NCBI GenBank assembly: GCA_963728915.1
Contig: CAVSLV010000001.1
Coordinates: forward strand, 416,001 to 480,000
Direction: 5' to 3'
DNA from: an uncultured Gemmatimonadales bacterium
Lineage (GTDB): Bacteria > Gemmatimonadota > Gemmatimonadetes > Gemmatimonadales > GWC2-71-9
Length of the DNA stretch: 64,000 nucleotides
Shown here: piece after piece, positions 1-11,079 of the stretch
Numbering within the stretch: position 1 is the first letter of the stretch
Layout: every line of letters starts with the position of its first letter
Made by a program: the position numbers and the translations under genes
The notes under the pieces: generated by a model
What the model was told of the DNA's origin: nothing
Seen by the model: only the letters and a program-made list of their open reading frames with translations
Database searches by the model: none

Positions 1-538
1 TGGTGCTGTGGTACCCCGGCGAGCGAGTCCTCACCATGCCGGGACCGGTGGTGGTGTTTCCCGACGGGACTTCCGACACGCTCGCCGGCCTCGGTGCACC
101 GGGTCAGGCTCCAGAGTGTGCTGCCGTCGGATCAGCCCAAGAGCCGGATTCCTCCCCGACCACCGCGTACTCCGCTTCCGTTGAGCGGGCACTCCATCCT
201 GCCCTTGGTGTTCCTCGTTGCCGGATCTCTCCTCCTGATTGCCCTTGGCGCGTTTCTCTGGCGCCGCCGGGGGAAAACCGTCGCCCAGGCCTGCATCGGT
301 GCTTCGCGAGCCCGAGGCCGACCTGCTGCGACGCTGGACCGCGCTCGGCGAGTACCGCGCGGCGCTGCATCACTGGGGATGGCGCCTCGCCCATCGGATG
401 CAGAAGAGCGCGGACCTTTCCGAGATCGCGGCGCTCCAGCATACGCTGGAGGAAATCGGCGACCGGACCTTCGTGCGTGAACATCCCGAACGGCTGGCGG
501 TTCTGGCGGGGCAGGCATCCGAGTTGGACAAGGAGTGA
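1..538 (+). CDS. Partial membrane-anchored hypothetical protein of the Bat/vWA cluster, broken by apparent frameshifts
   Basis: Three consecutive frames (3.., 94.., 239..538) join into one plausible protein with a TM helix ([25 protein letters not shown]); stop overlaps the start region of the next gene. Confidence 0.45.
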
Positions 539-540
539 CC

Positions 541-1264
541 ATGGAGGACACTGCGCTGGCGGGGAAGGTCGCGATCGTGACCGGAAGCAGCCGGGGGATC
601 GGGTACGCGATCGCCGAGGCATTGGTCGGCGCGGGAATCCGGGTGGTCGTCTCCGGCCGGGATCGGGCCCGCCGCGGAGGCCGCCCGCCGCCTGAGCCGG
701 GCTCCCGCCGCGGCGATCGCGGTGCCCTGCGACGTGCGGCGCGCCGAAGGCGCCGGGAGCTGGTGCGCGGGCGCTGGAGGCGTTCGGCGGCCTGGATATT
801 CTCGTGAACAACGCCGGGGTCGGCGGGTTCGGCCGGGTGAGCGAGCTCCCGGTCGAGGCCTGGGACCGGGTCATCGCAGACCAACCTGAGTGGGGCGTTC
901 TACTGCTCGCGCGAGGCCATTCCCGCGCTCCGGGCGCGGGGCGGGCGGCTGGATCATCAATATCGGCTCGCTCGCCGGCAAGAACGCCATGGCGGATGGC
1001 GCGGCCTACTGTGCTTCGAAGTTCGGGATGATCGGATTCTCCGAGTCGCTCATGCTCGACGTGCGCTACGACAACATCCGGGTGACCTGTCTCATGCCGG
1101 GCAGCGTGGCCACCGAATTCAACGATCGCCGGCCTTCGGAGGCGGATGCCTGGCGGATCCAGCCCGGCGATCTGGGCGCGATCGTGCTCGATCTGCTTCG
1201 GACTCCGGCCCGCACGCTGCCCTCCCGGGTGGAGATCCGGCCCACCCGGCCGCCCGCGCGTTAG
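541..1264 (+). CDS. SDR family NAD(P)-dependent oxidoreductase (frameshifted in this sequence)
   Basis: [18 protein letters not shown] and YCASK motifs distributed over ORFs 535..807, 804..1031 and 890..1264. Confidence 0.85.
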
Positions 1265-1265
1265 G

Positions 1266-2241
1266 ATGAGCTTCAGCCGGCCGCCCTGCTCCTGGTCCTG
1301 CTGGCGATTCCCGTCCTAGCTGCTCTGGCGGGCGACCCGGGTCCGGCCGGCGGTGACGGTGGGTGATGCGGGGATCGCCGCGGCGGCGACCAGCAAATCG
1401 TGGCTGCCGTGGCTCCCCCCGGTGCTCCGGGCGCTGGGCCTCGCCGCCCTGGTGCTCGCCGCCGCCGGGCCCCGGCTCGAGGGAGGATCGAGCCTGCTCC
1501 GGCGGGAGGGGATCAGCATCGTCATCGCGCTGGACATCTCGAGCAGCATGCTCGCCGAGGATTTTGCCCCGTCCAACCGGATCGAGGTGGCCAAGCGGCA
1601 GGCGGCCCAGTTCATCCGGGGCCGGCCCAGCGACCGGATCGGTCTGGTGGCCTTCGCGGGCGAAGCCCTCACCCTCATCCCGGTGACCCTGGACCACGCC
1701 GTGCTGGAGTCGGCGGTTGCCGGCGTGCGGATCGGGATGCTGGAGGACGGAACCGCGATCGGCAGCGGCCTCGCGACCGCGATCAACCGGCTGCGCCGGC
1801 TGCCCGGCCCGTCCCGGGTCGTGCTGTTGCTCACCGACGGGGTCAACAACCGCGGCGAGATCGATCCGGAAACCTCGGCCGACCTCGCCACCGCCTACAA
1901 GGTGCGGGTGTACACCGTCGGGATCGGGACCCGGGGCCAGGCGCCGGATGCCGACCGGCCGCAGCCTCACCGGGTTCACCTACGAGACCCTGCCGGTGGA
2001 GATCGACGAGCCGTTGCTCCAGGACATCGCCCGGAAGACCGGGGGACAGTATTTCCGCGCCACCGATGCGGGAGCGCTCCAGCGGATCTTCCAGCAGATC
2101 GATCAGCTCGAGCGGGTCCGGCTGACCACCCGCCAGCCCCGGGCCCTGGACGAGCGGACCGCGCCGTTTCTGCTTGCCGGGTTAGGCTTGATCGCCGCCG
2201 CGCTCCTCCTCGGCGCCACCCGGGCGGTGCGGGCGCCATGA
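1266..2241 (+). CDS. vWA-domain protein, BatA-like (frameshifted)
   Basis: MIDAS DISSSM, DRIGLVAFAG, GTAIG, LLTDGVNN; C-terminus (EIDEPLLQDIARKTGGQYFRA) in a second frame after ~1945. Confidence 0.85.
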
Positions 2242-3835
2242 GCTTCGACCGGACCGTCGTGGTCTTCCTGGCGCCCCTGGTGGGGGCGCTGCTGGGCTGG
2301 CTGGGCTGGTGGGCCCGCCGCGCCCGGCTCCGCGCCGCGGCGCAGTGGTCCGCGGGGGTCGGGGCCCGGCCCGGGCCGGAGCGGTGGACTCCCTGGTGGT
2401 TCGCCGCGGCCGGCGTGTTAGGGGGGTCGGGCTCGCCGGCCCCCGCTGGGGCCGGAGCGTGACCGAGCTGCAGGGCCGGGCCTTGAACCTCGCGCATCGG
2501 GGTCGACGTCAGCCGCTCGATGCTCGCCGAGGACGTCGGCCCCCAACCGGCTGGGCCGTGCCATTGCCGATGCCAACCGGGTGGTCCAGGACGCCCGGGG
2601 CGACCGGATCGCCCTGCTGGCATTCACCGGCCGGAGCTACATCATGAGCCCGCTGACCCTGGACGATGCGGCGGTCACGATTCAGCTCGATGGGCTCGAT
2701 CCCGACATCGCCAGCGAAGGGGGCACCGATCTCGGGGCGGTGCTGCGACAGGGCCGCGAGCTGCTCGCCGCCGCGGCGGAGCGGGGCGCCCGCGCCATGG
2801 TGCTGTTCACCGACGGCGAGACCCTCGATTCGGTCGATGCCGCGATCTCCGCGGCCGAGCGCCATCCGCGATGCCGGGGTGACCCTCATCCTGGTCGGCG
2901 TGGGCGATACCGTTCCGGTCCGGATTCCCCAGCGGGATGAGCGCGGTACCCTGAGCGGATACCAGACCTACAGGGGGCCCCGGTGTACAGCTGGAGGCAC
3001 GACGATGTCCTTCGCGCCATCGCGGATGCCGCCGGGGGCGTGCTGGTCATGGCATCGACCACCGATCCGGCCGCGACCGTTCGACGGATTCTGGACGGGC
3101 TCGAGCGGGGCGCGAGCCGGGAGCTGCACCGGGAGGACCTCACCCCACGCGGCTGGATCTTCGGGCTGGCGCGCTGCTGCTGCTCTCGGTGCAGGGACTG
3201 TTACGCCGGGGGCCCGGCGGTGGCGGGATTGGCGCTCGCGATGCTTCTCGGCACGCGCCGTCCAGGCGCAGCCGCCCTCCAGCGGCGACCGCCTGCTCGG
3301 TAAGCACGATACCCTCGCCGCGGCGGCCGCTTTTGCCAGGGAGGCGACTCGAAGCGGAGGCGACACGGCCTGGTTCAATGCCGGGACCGCGGCCCTGGCC
3401 CGGGCCCGGTTCCAGGATGCCAGGCAATGGCTCGGTCTCGCCGCGCGATCGCTCGATCCCGAGCTTCGATTCCGGGCGCTCTACAATCTCGGGCTGGTGG
3501 CGTTCCATGAGGCGTTGCGGGATACCGCGCGCAGGGAGGAGCTCCATTCGGAAGCGGCGAGCCGGTTCCGGGAAGCCCTGCTGCTCCGGCCCGGTTCCTT
3601 CGACGCCAAGTGGAACCTCGAGCTGGTCGAGCGGCCGCCCCCTCCACCGAGCGGTGGAGGGGGTGGCGGATCGGCGCCCCCTTCCCAGCAATCGGCGCAG
3701 ACCGGGAATACCCAGCTGGCCCAGTCCGACGCGGATCAGATTCTCAACTCGGTGGAGCGCGCCGAGCGCGAGGTCCGCGCCGAACAGGCTCGCCGCCGCC
3801 GGGTGACCCAGAGCAAGTCGGGGAAAGACTGGTGA
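2238..3835 (+). CDS. vWA + TPR protein, BatB/BatC-like (multiple frameshifts)
   Basis: DVSRSM, DRIALLAF, GGTDLG and LFTDGE in the vWA part; TPR motifs WFNAGTA, LYNLG, DAKWNLEL and C-terminal KDW. Confidence 0.7.
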
Positions 3836-5799
3836 ACGTCCTGCTCCTGGCGATGCTGTTGCAGCAGGGGCCGCTCGATCCGGACCTTGCCGCCCTGGTA
3901 TCGCAGGTGCCGGAGCCGAGGTCCGGTGCTCCCTCGGTCTTCAACGTGATCTCATCCAATCGGCTGTTCGCGGGCGATCAGCTGAATGTGCTGACGGCGG
4001 CATGGTTGCCGCGCTCCTTGCGCCTCAGGCTTCGCCAGGCGCCTTCGCTCACGCCACCGGTGCTTACCGGCGTATGGGCCACGCCGCGCGCCCCGGTGAG
4101 CGGCGTGGTGGCCACTCGGGAAGGCGATCTCGAGTCCTACGACCTGTTCGTCGTCGCCCAGACGGTTTACCCGCTGAACCCGGGAGTGCTGAGTATTCCG
4201 CCGGCTCGATTGACCTGGATCGAGCCGCCGCGATCCCGGAGCAGCGAGGAGCGCCATGCCTCGGCGAGCAGCGCCCCGCTCTCGGTCCAGGTGCGGCCGC
4301 TTCCCACGACCGGGCAGCCGCCCCAGTTCAATGGCCCGGTGGGACGCGATGTCCGGATCGAATACCGCCTGGCGGGATCGGGACGGGCGGGGTCGGTGGT
4401 GCCGGTCGAGGTCGCGGTGAGTGGCACCGGGAGCCTCCCGCTCTGGCCCGTGCCCACGGTGACGTGGCCACAGGGAGCGAGAGCCTACGACCAGGGCTCC
4501 GATGCTTCATTCGGTTCCCAGGGCGTCCGGCTCGGCGGGACCCGGGTGTTCCGGTTCGCCATCGTGCCGGACTCCGCGGGGGGACTCTCGCTTTCGCCGC
4601 TCGAGTATCCCTACTTCGATCCTTCCTCCTCGAGCTACAAGGTTGCGCGGACGCCAGGTACCATCGTTCCCATCCTCGAACCGGCCCCCATCGCCGCCCG
4701 CCAGCACCCGGTGCCCCTGCTCGAGCCGGAGGCGGCTCCCATGGCGTCCCGGTTCGCCGCTCTCCCGGGTTATGTGCAATGGGGCCTGTTGCTGGTGCCA
4801 TTGCTCGGCATCGGCGGATTGCTGCTGTGGCGAAGCCTCCCCAGGAGAGTCGCCCCGCAAGAGCCGGCGCCCGCGCGCGACCGGCTCCAGCAGCTGGTCC
4901 GAGCGGTGCTTCCCCCCGGGACCGGTCCCAGTCCCGGCGCGATCGTCGCCGCGCTCCGTCACGCCGGCATTCCCGCCGCCGATGCCGAGCGGCTGGCCCG
5001 GCTGCACCTGGGTCTCGAGACCTTGCGGTTCAGCGGGAAGAAGAGCGACGGCGATCCGGAGCGCCGCCGGCTGGATGAGGAGATCGAAAGCCAGCTGGGA
5101 ACCGTGCCTCACCCGATTCGCCGGTTGGCCGGCCTCGCCACCCTGGTGCTCGGCGCGGTGCTGCTGCCGGGCAGGACATCGGCGCAGGACGCCACCACGC
5201 TCTATAACCGGGCGGAATACGGGGCGGCCGCCGAAGCGTTCCGCGGCGAGGCGCGCGAGTTTCCCAGCCCCGAGCGATGGTACAATGTCGCAGCGGCGGA
5301 CTACATGGCGGGGCGGGACGCCGAGGCGGCCGCGGCGCTGCTCTCGGTGCGGAGCGAGATGCCCCGCGATGCGCGGGTCCGCGCCCTGTGGAATGCGCTT
5401 GCCCGGGAGCACGGGGAGCTTCGCCGGGTGGGTCGGCTGTCGCTGCTCACCTCCGATGAGGTGTTCATCCTCTCGATCGTCGCCGCCTGGCTGGCCCTGG
5501 GGTTGTTTCTCTTCCGGCGCCGCTGGCCGCTGGTCTGGATCGGCGCTCTCGGGGTGGCGCTGGTGGGCGTGTTGATCGCGGGGGCGCTCGGGCACGAGGA
5601 GCGGCTCGAGCGCGCGGTGCTCGCCGGGGGCGTCAGTCAACGCGTCTCTCCCCACGGACTCGCCCCTACCATCGGATCCATCCCGGCCTTCACGGTGGTT
5701 CGATTGCTCCGGCAGAACGGCGCGTGGCGGCTGATCAGCTCCGACAATGGAGAAGGCTGGGTTCCCGCCGACATCGTGGTGCCCGTCGTGAATTTCTGA
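3832..5799 (+). CDS. BatD/BatE-like protein (Ig-like domains, TM, TPR, C-terminal SH3-like)
   Basis: GTG start overlapping the previous stop; YPYFDP motif typical of BatD, WYNVA TPR, C-terminal GEGWVP. Confidence 0.75.
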   Translation: MNVLLLAMLLQQGPLDPDLAALVSQVPEPRSGAPSVFNVISSNRLFAGDQLNVLTAAWLPRSLRLRLRQAPSLTPPVLTGVWATPRAPVSGVVATREGDLESYDLFVVAQTVYPLNPGVLSIPPARLTWIEPPRSRSSEERHASASSAPLSVQVRPLPTTGQPPQFNGPVGRDVRIEYRLAGSGRAGSVVPVEVAVSGTGSLPLWPVPTVTWPQGARAYDQGSDASFGSQGVRLGGTRVFRFAIVPDSAGGLSLSPLEYPYFDPSSSSYKVARTPGTIVPILEPAPIAARQHPVPLLEPEAAPMASRFAALPGYVQWGLLLVPLLGIGGLLLWRSLPRRVAPQEPAPARDRLQQLVRAVLPPGTGPSPGAIVAALRHAGIPAADAERLARLHLGLETLRFSGKKSDGDPERRRLDEEIESQLGTVPHPIRRLAGLATLVLGAVLLPGRTSAQDATTLYNRAEYGAAAEAFRGEAREFPSPERWYNVAAADYMAGRDAEAAAALLSVRSEMPRDARVRALWNALAREHGELRRVGRLSLLTSDEVFILSIVAAWLALGLFLFRRRWPLVWIGALGVALVGVLIAGALGHEERLERAVLAGGVSQRVSPHGLAPTIGSIPAFTVVRLLRQNGAWRLISSDNGEGWVPADIVVPVVNF

Positions 5800-5833
5800 G
5801 GGAGCTGGTCGTCCGCAGTAGATTTCCTCCCCC

Positions 5834-7525
5834 ATGTCCATCGCCATTCTTCCCGATGCCGTCGCCAATCAGATTGCGGCGGGTGAAGTCGTCGAGCGTC
5901 CCGCTTCCGTGGTCAAGGAGCTGGTCGAAAACGCCATCGACGCGGGGGCGCGACACATCCGGATCGAGCTGGAGCAGGGCGGCAAGACCCTGATCGCGGT
6001 GAGCGACGACGGCTCGGGCATGAACCGCGAGGACGCGGTTCTGGCTCTGGACCGACACGCCACCAGCAAGATCCGGAGCGCCGCCGATCTGGTGGGGGTG
6101 CGCACCTTCGGCTTTCGGGGCGAGGCCCTGCCCGCGATCGCTTCAGTCTCCCGGTTTTCCATGCAGACAGGCGACGGCGCGGACGCGACCGAAGTGATGG
6201 TGACCGGTGGGCGGCTCGATCGAGTGGAGCCGGCGGTGCGGCAGCAGGGCACCACGATCACGGTGCGCGGCCTGTTCTTCAATACCCCGGCCCGGCGGAA
6301 ATTTCTCCGGTCGGTGCCGGCGGAAACTCGCGCGGCGTCGGAAGCCATCGCGACGCTCGCGCTCTCCCATCCCGCGGTGGGATTCGAGCTGGTGGTGGAC
6401 GGCGCAGTGCGGCTGGAGGTGCCGGCGGGACAGGACGAGTCGGCTCGGCTGATCGGTGTCTGGGGGCCGCACCTTTCCGGAACCCTGATTCCGGTGAGCT
6501 ACGCGGCTGGCGCGGTGCGGGTCGCCGGCTACGCGCAGCGTCCCGGCGATGCGGCGCCGACCGGGAGAAGGACGCAGCTCTTCGTCAATGGACGCCCATT
6601 CCGTGACGCCTTTCTGATTCGGGCCGCGGAGGCCGGATACCGTTCCGCGATCCACCCCGGCGACCGTCCCAGCCTGCTGCTCCATCTCGATCTCGATCCC
6701 GAGCTGGTGGACGTCAACGTGCATCCGGCCAAGCTCGAGGTTCGGTTCCGGGATCGGATCGCGGTCGAGCGTACCATGGAAGAGGCGATCCGCGATGCGC
6801 TGGGCCGGATCGAAGCGGCCGCGCCGGTGGGCGACTGGAGACCGATGCCGGGAGGAGGCGGAGAGGCTGGCAGGGTTGGAGGCACGGACGCCCCGGAATC
6901 GCTGTTCGCCTCTGCCGTCGCGACGGAGCCTGGCGCGGATTCTTCCGGACGATCGTTCGCGGCGCCGGTGACCCAGCTCTTCTCGAGCTACATCACCTTC
7001 GAGGGCCCCGAGGGACTGGTGATCGTGGACCAGCATTCCGCCCACGAGCGGGTGCTGTTCGAGGAAGTCATGCGTCACCTCTCGAACGGAGGCGCGTCGA
7101 GCCAGCGGCTGCTGTTTCCCGAAACGGTCGAGCTCACCGACGAAGAGCTGGACGCGCTGGAGCGACACCAGGAGCCGTTGCACGCGATCGGCTTCGAGGT
7201 GGAGCCGTTCGGTGGACGCGCCGTGGCGATCCACGCGGTGCCCGCTCCCCACCCGCGGTTCGAGGCGATCGCCTGTTTCCGGGAGCTGGTCTCCGATCTG
7301 GCGCGGGGCCGCTTTGGCGGCTGGGCCAACCGCCTGGAGCGGTTTGCCGCGACCTACGCCTGCCGGGCCGCGGTCAAGGCCGGGATGCCCCTCTCCGAGC
7401 CCGAGATGCGGGTTCTGCTGCTGCGCCTTTTCGAGACCAGCCTGCCCCCGCACGACGTGCACGGCCGGAGTACGATCGTGCAGCTTCCCCGCGCCGAGCT
7501 GGAGCGACGATTTGGCCGCCAATAG
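5834..7525 (+). CDS. mutL: DNA mismatch repair endonuclease MutL
   Basis: IAAGEVVERPASVVKELVENAIDA, GFRGEAL, VDVNVHPAK, DQHSAHER, ACRAAVK. Confidence 0.98.
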   Translation: MSIAILPDAVANQIAAGEVVERPASVVKELVENAIDAGARHIRIELEQGGKTLIAVSDDGSGMNREDAVLALDRHATSKIRSAADLVGVRTFGFRGEALPAIASVSRFSMQTGDGADATEVMVTGGRLDRVEPAVRQQGTTITVRGLFFNTPARRKFLRSVPAETRAASEAIATLALSHPAVGFELVVDGAVRLEVPAGQDESARLIGVWGPHLSGTLIPVSYAAGAVRVAGYAQRPGDAAPTGRRTQLFVNGRPFRDAFLIRAAEAGYRSAIHPGDRPSLLLHLDLDPELVDVNVHPAKLEVRFRDRIAVERTMEEAIRDALGRIEAAAPVGDWRPMPGGGGEAGRVGGTDAPESLFASAVATEPGADSSGRSFAAPVTQLFSSYITFEGPEGLVIVDQHSAHERVLFEEVMRHLSNGGASSQRLLFPETVELTDEELDALERHQEPLHAIGFEVEPFGGRAVAIHAVPAPHPRFEAIACFRELVSDLARGRFGGWANRLERFAATYACRAAVKAGMPLSEPEMRVLLLRLFETSLPPHDVHGRSTIVQLPRAELERRFGRQ

Positions 7526-8447
7526 AGTCGCGGTGCTCGTGGGTCCTACGGCGATCGGCAAGACCGTCGTGGCCTCCGCGCTCGCGGCTCATCTGCCGAT
7601 CGAGGTGATCTCGGCGGACTCGCGCCAGATCTATCGCCGGCTCGACGTGGGGACCGCGAAGCCAACCCGGCGGGAGCGGCAGAAGCTCCCCCATCACGGC
7701 GTCGACATCGTGGATCCCGGAACCCGGTACAGCGCGGGGCGCTTTGCGCGGGAAGCCGAAGCCTGGATCCGGGAAATCCGGGAGCGGGGCCGCCTGCCTA
7801 TCGTGGTCGGCGGGACCGGGTTGTACGTCCGCGCACTGGCGGAGGGCCTGTTCGTCGAGCCGACCCTCGATCCGGAGCGGCGGCGCGCCCTGGAGCATTG
7901 GGTCGGAAGTCTCGAGGGCGCGGAGCTGGTGCGGTGGGCCGGCCGGCTCGATCCCGGGTTTGCGGGCGGAGGACGCCAGCGCGCCACCCGCGCCATCGAG
8001 ATCGCCCTGCTCACCGGCACGCCGCTCTCCGGGTGGCATCGGCGGGCGGCGCGCCAGGGGACCATCCGGCCCTGGTATGTCCGGCTGAGCGCGCCCCGCG
8101 CGATCCTCTCCCAGCGGATCAGGGTGCGCGCCGAGGAAATGCTGCGGCGCGGGTTAATCGAGGAGGTCGCCGCGGTGCTGAGCGAAGGGCACCCACCCGA
8201 CGCTCCCGGCCTGAACAGCGTGGGGATTCGAGAGGCGGTCGAGTATCTTCACGGCCAGCGCACCCGCGAGTCCGTGGCGGAGGCGATCGCCGCGAGCACC
8301 CGTCGCTACGCCAAGCGGCAGGAGACCTGGTTCCGGCACCAGCTGGCCGGAGAAGTCCTCACCCTGGACGCCACCCGCCCGCCCGACGAGCTGGCCGCGA
8401 TCATCGCGGTGTCATGGAAGGAAGGAGGTCGCGAGCGGGTCCCGTGA
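7512..8447 (+). CDS. miaA: tRNA dimethylallyltransferase
   Basis: TTG start at 7512; GPTAIGKT, SADSRQIY, GTAKP, VGGTGLY, YAKRQ.TWF. Confidence 0.97.
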   Translation: MAANRVAVLVGPTAIGKTVVASALAAHLPIEVISADSRQIYRRLDVGTAKPTRRERQKLPHHGVDIVDPGTRYSAGRFAREAEAWIREIRERGRLPIVVGGTGLYVRALAEGLFVEPTLDPERRRALEHWVGSLEGAELVRWAGRLDPGFAGGGRQRATRAIEIALLTGTPLSGWHRRAARQGTIRPWYVRLSAPRAILSQRIRVRAEEMLRRGLIEEVAAVLSEGHPPDAPGLNSVGIREAVEYLHGQRTRESVAEAIAASTRRYAKRQETWFRHQLAGEVLTLDATRPPDELAAIIAVSWKEGGRERVP

Positions 8448-9568
8448 AAATCGGCATCACGTGTTATCCCACTTACGGCGGCTCCGGCGCGCTGGCAACC
8501 GAGCTGGGGCTCGAGCTGGCCCGGCGCGGCCATCAGGTGCACTTCATCACCTACGCCATGCCGTTCCGGCTCCGCGGCTACGCCGAACGGGTCACTTTCC
8601 ACGAGGTCGACACCGTCACCGGGCGGTACCCGCTCTTCGAGCACTATCCCTATACCCTGGCGCTGGCGTCGAAGCAGCACGAAGTGGCGCTCCGGGAAAA
8701 GCTCGACGTCCTCCATGTCCACTACGCCATCCCCCACGCCACCACCGCCTGGATTGCCCGGCAGATGCTGGCCGACTCCCATCGGGTCAAGGTCATCACC
8801 ACCCTGCACGGGACCGACATCACGCTGGTGGGTCAGGAAGAGAGCTTTCACGCGATCACCAAGTTCTCGATCGAGCAGTCCGACGCGGTCACCGCGGTGT
8901 CGGAGTTCCTCAAGGAAGAGACGCTCCGGACGTTCGGTTGCAGCGGCTGCCGGATCAGCGTCATTCCCAACTTCGTCAACCTGGACGAGTATCATCCCGC
9001 GGCGCGCAAGGAACGGGACGGCCTCTGCCCGGCCGGCCACAAGCTGCTGACCCACATCTCCAATTTCCGGGAGGTGAAGCGGGTCAAGGACGTGGTGCGG
9101 ATCTTCGCGCGGGTGCGCCGGACCATCCCCGCCACCCTGCTCATGATCGGCGACGGTCCCGATCGCGCCGAGTCCGAGCGGGAGAGCCGCGAGCTTGGGG
9201 TCGAGGCGGACGTGCGGTTCCTCGGACGGCTCGATCCGGTCGTGCCGCTCCTGCAACAGAGCGACCTGTTCCTGCTGCCCAGCCAGAGCGAATCGTTCGG
9301 ACTGGCCGCGCTCGAAGCCATGGCGACCGGCGTCCCGGTGGTCGGGAGCCGGGTCGGTGGGGTCCCCGAGCTGATCGAAGATGGAGTTTCGGGAATTCTC
9401 GAGCCGCCCGGCTCGGTCGAGGCGATGGCGCGCCGGTCCGCCGAGGTGCTCCGCGACGAGGCGGCGCACCAGCGCATGGTCGCGGCCGCGCTGGCGCGGG
9501 CCTCCCTGTATGACGCCGACGCGATCGTCCCCCGGTATGAAGCCCTCTACAAGGCGGTCGCCGGGTGA
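8444..9568 (+). CDS. bshA: N-acetyl-alpha-D-glucosaminyl L-malate synthase (GT4)
   Basis: MKIGITCYPTYGGSG, LHVHYAIPHA, TTLHGTDITLVG, ESFGLAALEAM. Confidence 0.93.
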   Translation: MKIGITCYPTYGGSGALATELGLELARRGHQVHFITYAMPFRLRGYAERVTFHEVDTVTGRYPLFEHYPYTLALASKQHEVALREKLDVLHVHYAIPHATTAWIARQMLADSHRVKVITTLHGTDITLVGQEESFHAITKFSIEQSDAVTAVSEFLKEETLRTFGCSGCRISVIPNFVNLDEYHPAARKERDGLCPAGHKLLTHISNFREVKRVKDVVRIFARVRRTIPATLLMIGDGPDRAESERESRELGVEADVRFLGRLDPVVPLLQQSDLFLLPSQSESFGLAALEAMATGVPVVGSRVGGVPELIEDGVSGILEPPGSVEAMARRSAEVLRDEAAHQRMVAAALARASLYDADAIVPRYEALYKAVAG

Positions 9569-10359
9569 ACCTGGCCTGGTGGCAGGGACTCGTCCTCGGA
9601 CTGGTCCAGGGTCTGACCGAGTTCCTTCCCGTTTCGAGCTCGGGTCATCTGGTGCTGGCGGAACGCTTCGTCGGGTTCGTCTCCCAGGGCGTGTTTCTCG
9701 AAGTGATGGTCCACGTCGCCACGCTGCTCTCGGTGATCATCGCCTATCGCCGGCGCATCCTCGAGCTGCTCGGGGGCCTGGTCCGGCGCGAGGGGTTGGC
9801 CTGGCGGTACGCCGGCATGCTGGCGCTCGCCTCGATCCCCGCCGGCGTTGCCGGGGTGCTGCTCAAGGACTACTTCGAGCGGACCTTCCACTCGCTTCCC
9901 GCCCTGGGCTGGAACTTTCTGATCACCGCGGCCATCCTCTGGAGCACCCGGTGGGCCCCCCGGCGCCCGATGCCGGCGTCCGGCGCGCCGGTGGTTCCAT
10001 CGGCCGTCCAGGCCCTGGTGATCGGGGTGGCCCAGACGTTCGCGATTCTCCCCGCCATTTCGCGATCGGGGTCGACCATCGCTGCCGGGTTATGGAGCGG
10101 GCTTCCGGCGGTCGCCGCGGCGGAGTTCTCCTTCCTGATGTCGGTCATCGTGATCGCCGGGTCCGGCGCCATGGAAGCGCGCCACCTCACCGCCGGGTCC
10201 GTGACCCCGGGTCTCGCCACCGCCTTCTTCGCGGCGATGCTCGCCGGCCTCCTGGCGATCTATTTCCTGGTGCGGCTGCTCCGCCGGGGCAAATTCCATT
10301 ACTTCGCTCCCTACTGCGCCGCTCTGGGCCTCTTCTGTCTCCTCTGGTTCGCGCTCTGA
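9565..10359 (+). CDS. uppP: Undecaprenyl-diphosphate phosphatase
   Basis: VQGLTEFLPVSSSGHL and PAISRSGST motifs; polytopic membrane protein. Confidence 0.96.
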   Translation: MNLAWWQGLVLGLVQGLTEFLPVSSSGHLVLAERFVGFVSQGVFLEVMVHVATLLSVIIAYRRRILELLGGLVRREGLAWRYAGMLALASIPAGVAGVLLKDYFERTFHSLPALGWNFLITAAILWSTRWAPRRPMPASGAPVVPSAVQALVIGVAQTFAILPAISRSGSTIAAGLWSGLPAVAAAEFSFLMSVIVIAGSGAMEARHLTAGSVTPGLATAFFAAMLAGLLAIYFLVRLLRRGKFHYFAPYCAALGLFCLLWFAL

Positions 10360-10362
10360 GCC

Positions 10363-11079
10363 GTGATCGAATGGCACGAAGAGCTTCCGTCCACCCAGGA
10401 TGTGGCCCATCGTCTCGCCGGAGCCGGCGCGCCGCACGGAACCGCGGTGGCGGCGCGGGTCCAGACCGCCGGACGGGGCACCCGCTCCCGCCCCTGGGTG
10501 TCGACCCCGGGCGGTCTCTGGATGAGCGTGGTCTGCCGCCCCCGGAGCGGATCCGGGATTGAACGCCTCGGCATCCGGATCGGGCTCGGGCTCGCCGCAG
10601 TGCTGGAGGCGTCGCTGGCGCGCCCGGCCCCCGGTGCCGGCCCGATCGTCCTGGTCAAATGGCCCAACGACCTGATGCTCTCCCATGGCAAGCTGGGCGG
10701 CATTCTCGCGGAAGCCCGCTGGCAGGGTGACCGGCTGGCCTGGATCGTCGTCGGCATCGGCATCAACGTGCATAACCCGCTGCCCCGTGACACCGATCTG
10801 CCCGCCGCTTCGCTGGCCGAGGCCGGCTTCGCCGGCCGGGCCGAGAGCCTGGCCGAGCCGGTCGCCCAGCGGGTGGCGGTGCTGACCCGGGTCGCCGCTC
10901 CGCTCACCGAGCCCGAGCTCCGCGGCTTCGCCGACCGCGACTGGCTCCAGGGCAGGAAAGTGCTCCTCCCGCGGCCGGGCGTAGCGGCCGGGCTCGCTCC
11001 TTCGGGGAGGCTTCGCATCGAGTCACCGGACGGCCGGATCACCGAGCTCGACGACAGCCTCGCCCTCCGCCTGGCGTGA
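10363..11079 (+). CDS. birA: Biotin--[acetyl-CoA-carboxylase] ligase (no HTH)
   Basis: STQD, QTAGRG, KWPNDL, KLGGILAE, GIGINV. Confidence 0.94.
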   Translation: MIEWHEELPSTQDVAHRLAGAGAPHGTAVAARVQTAGRGTRSRPWVSTPGGLWMSVVCRPRSGSGIERLGIRIGLGLAAVLEASLARPAPGAGPIVLVKWPNDLMLSHGKLGGILAEARWQGDRLAWIVVGIGINVHNPLPRDTDLPAASLAEAGFAGRAESLAEPVAQRVAVLTRVAAPLTEPELRGFADRDWLQGRKVLLPRPGVAAGLAPSGRLRIESPDGRITELDDSLALRLA

